A DNA stretch of 64,000 nt from Podarcis liolepis (taxonomy: Eukaryota): assembly GCA_965112155.1 (NCBI GenBank), contig OZ218099.1, one strand, 5' to 3'. Shown here piece after piece: positions 62,900 to 64,000 of the stretch. Position 1 is the first letter of the stretch. Every line of letters starts with the position of its first letter. The position numbers were made by a program, and so were the translations under genes. Under the pieces are notes generated by a model. That model saw only the letters and a list, made by a program, of their open reading frames with translations, made no database searches and was not told where the DNA came from.

Positions 62900-63232
62900 A
62901 CTGGCTGTATTCACACATTACACTAAACTGTAGTTAAAGGCTTAAAATGAATGCATATACAGGTTTCATTCACTCCTCCCTGAGCAGTGCAAGCAGAAGC
63001 GAGAAATGGCAGTCCCTGGTTTAGCATTATGTCCAAACCTAGGGTCGTGGTTTATTTCACTGCAAACAAATCATGATTAGGAAACCAAGAACAAACTTTG
63101 GATTCACATTGATTTGCTTGAAGTGAAACAAACCACAATCCCAGGTTCAGGCATAATGCTAAACTAGGGATCTGCATTTTTATGGCAAACCATTTACTGT
63201 GGCTTACTGTGATGTGTTAATGTGGCCAGTAT
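62900..63232. mobile_element. Long palindromic MITE (foldback)
   Basis: Arms 63004-63073 and 63110-63179 are imperfect reverse complements (tccctggtttagcattatg / cataatgctaaactaggga); outer ends actggc / gccagt. A related half-copy lies near 51395-51590. Confidence 0.75.
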
Positions 63233-64000
63233 AGAAGAAATTTATAGCTGCTTACAACTAGATTAATTAGCAAAATAAATACTATCCTCAGGCTACCCTC
63301 TGCTAATATAAAATATAGCTGTGTTGAGGGGGAGCATTGTGCCCAACCTAAGCACTGCTTGAAAATTTATCTGGTTGGTTGAGAAAAAGCATTTTTTTCT
63401 TGCTCACAGCATGGAGTGGACTTTCTTGAGTAGAAAGGTAATGCTGATTTCCCTAATGAGTTTTCAGTTTCGTGTTAAAGAAAATTAATTTGGGAACAGC
63501 ATCCAAAGTCAAAGCAAATTTTGTTAGTCCCAATATTATTCCAATTATCATGTGTGGGAGAAAGTTGACATCAGGTGATCTGATCTCAACTGTTGGACAG
63601 TGCATGACATGAGTGAGACAAGGCCTCTCCAAAATATTTCACTATGGCTCTGTAAATCAAACTAGCCTTTTACCCTGCTGAGAATGGAAAAGACGCCACT
63701 TATCTCCAAAGCAGGGATGTGATGAGCCAATAATGGGAAGAGTGGTAGCCTAGATGAGTATTTGCAGGTCTTGTGGAGACTCCTGTGTGACCATTGAGGG
63801 TTTGCTGATGTAGCATACATGGCCATATGTAATTGGTGAGTTCCACTTTTGATAGGAAAGCCTGCAGCCCTCTGACCAGGTGAAGATGAAAAGAAACAAG
63901 TTTGGCTGCTCCTATACCTGGGAATCCAGGAGCATCCCAAGATTCAACAGGACCCTCTCATGGCAAGCATAACTAATGGGGGAGCAGATGTTGTCATTTC

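Noticed and set aside
63875-64000. cag/GTGAAGATGAAAAG as the AKAP8 terminal exon
   Set aside because: Wrong phase for the expected G-E-D-P-F start, no polypyrimidine tract and no downstream similarity; the true last exon is probably beyond the window.
1-64000. CRISPR arrays, rRNA/tRNA genes, prokaryote-type systems or an autonomous transposase
   Set aside because: None seen. The DNA is vertebrate intron-exon sequence, the tRNA-like motifs are decayed SINE heads, and all DNA-transposon copies are short and non-autonomous.

Overview
Vertebrate genomic DNA, most likely a squamate reptile (lacertid-like, inferred from the repeat families). It carries three intron-containing genes in tandem on the + strand, in the order known from human 19p13: WIZ, AKAP8L, AKAP8. 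WIZ is represented by its 3' part: 9 coding exons from an internal CpG-island promoter, ~1033 aa, 6 C2H2 fingers. AKAP8L/HA95 is complete (13 coding exons, ~634 aa). AKAP8/AKAP95 has 13 coding exons in the window (562 codons); its last exon lies beyond the window. Exons were placed by hand from splice signals and reading-frame continuity. Introns and intergenic DNA hold six TA-flanked Tc1/mariner-type MITEs, hAT-type and palindromic MITEs, SINE/CR1/L2 relics, a young 5'-truncated RTE-X-like LINE with a perfect 13-bp TSD, and an L1-type 3' end with an 18-bp TSD. I found no wholly new biological system. The most notable observations are: the symmetric zinc-finger/CtBP-motif exon modules of WIZ, a GC-AG intron in AKAP8L, a (DYG)n expansion and a candidate extra microexon in AKAP8, the intact LINE ORF remnant missed by the ORF track, and MITEs carrying NRF1/ETS motifs. 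Comparisons with human proteins are from memory, not from a search.
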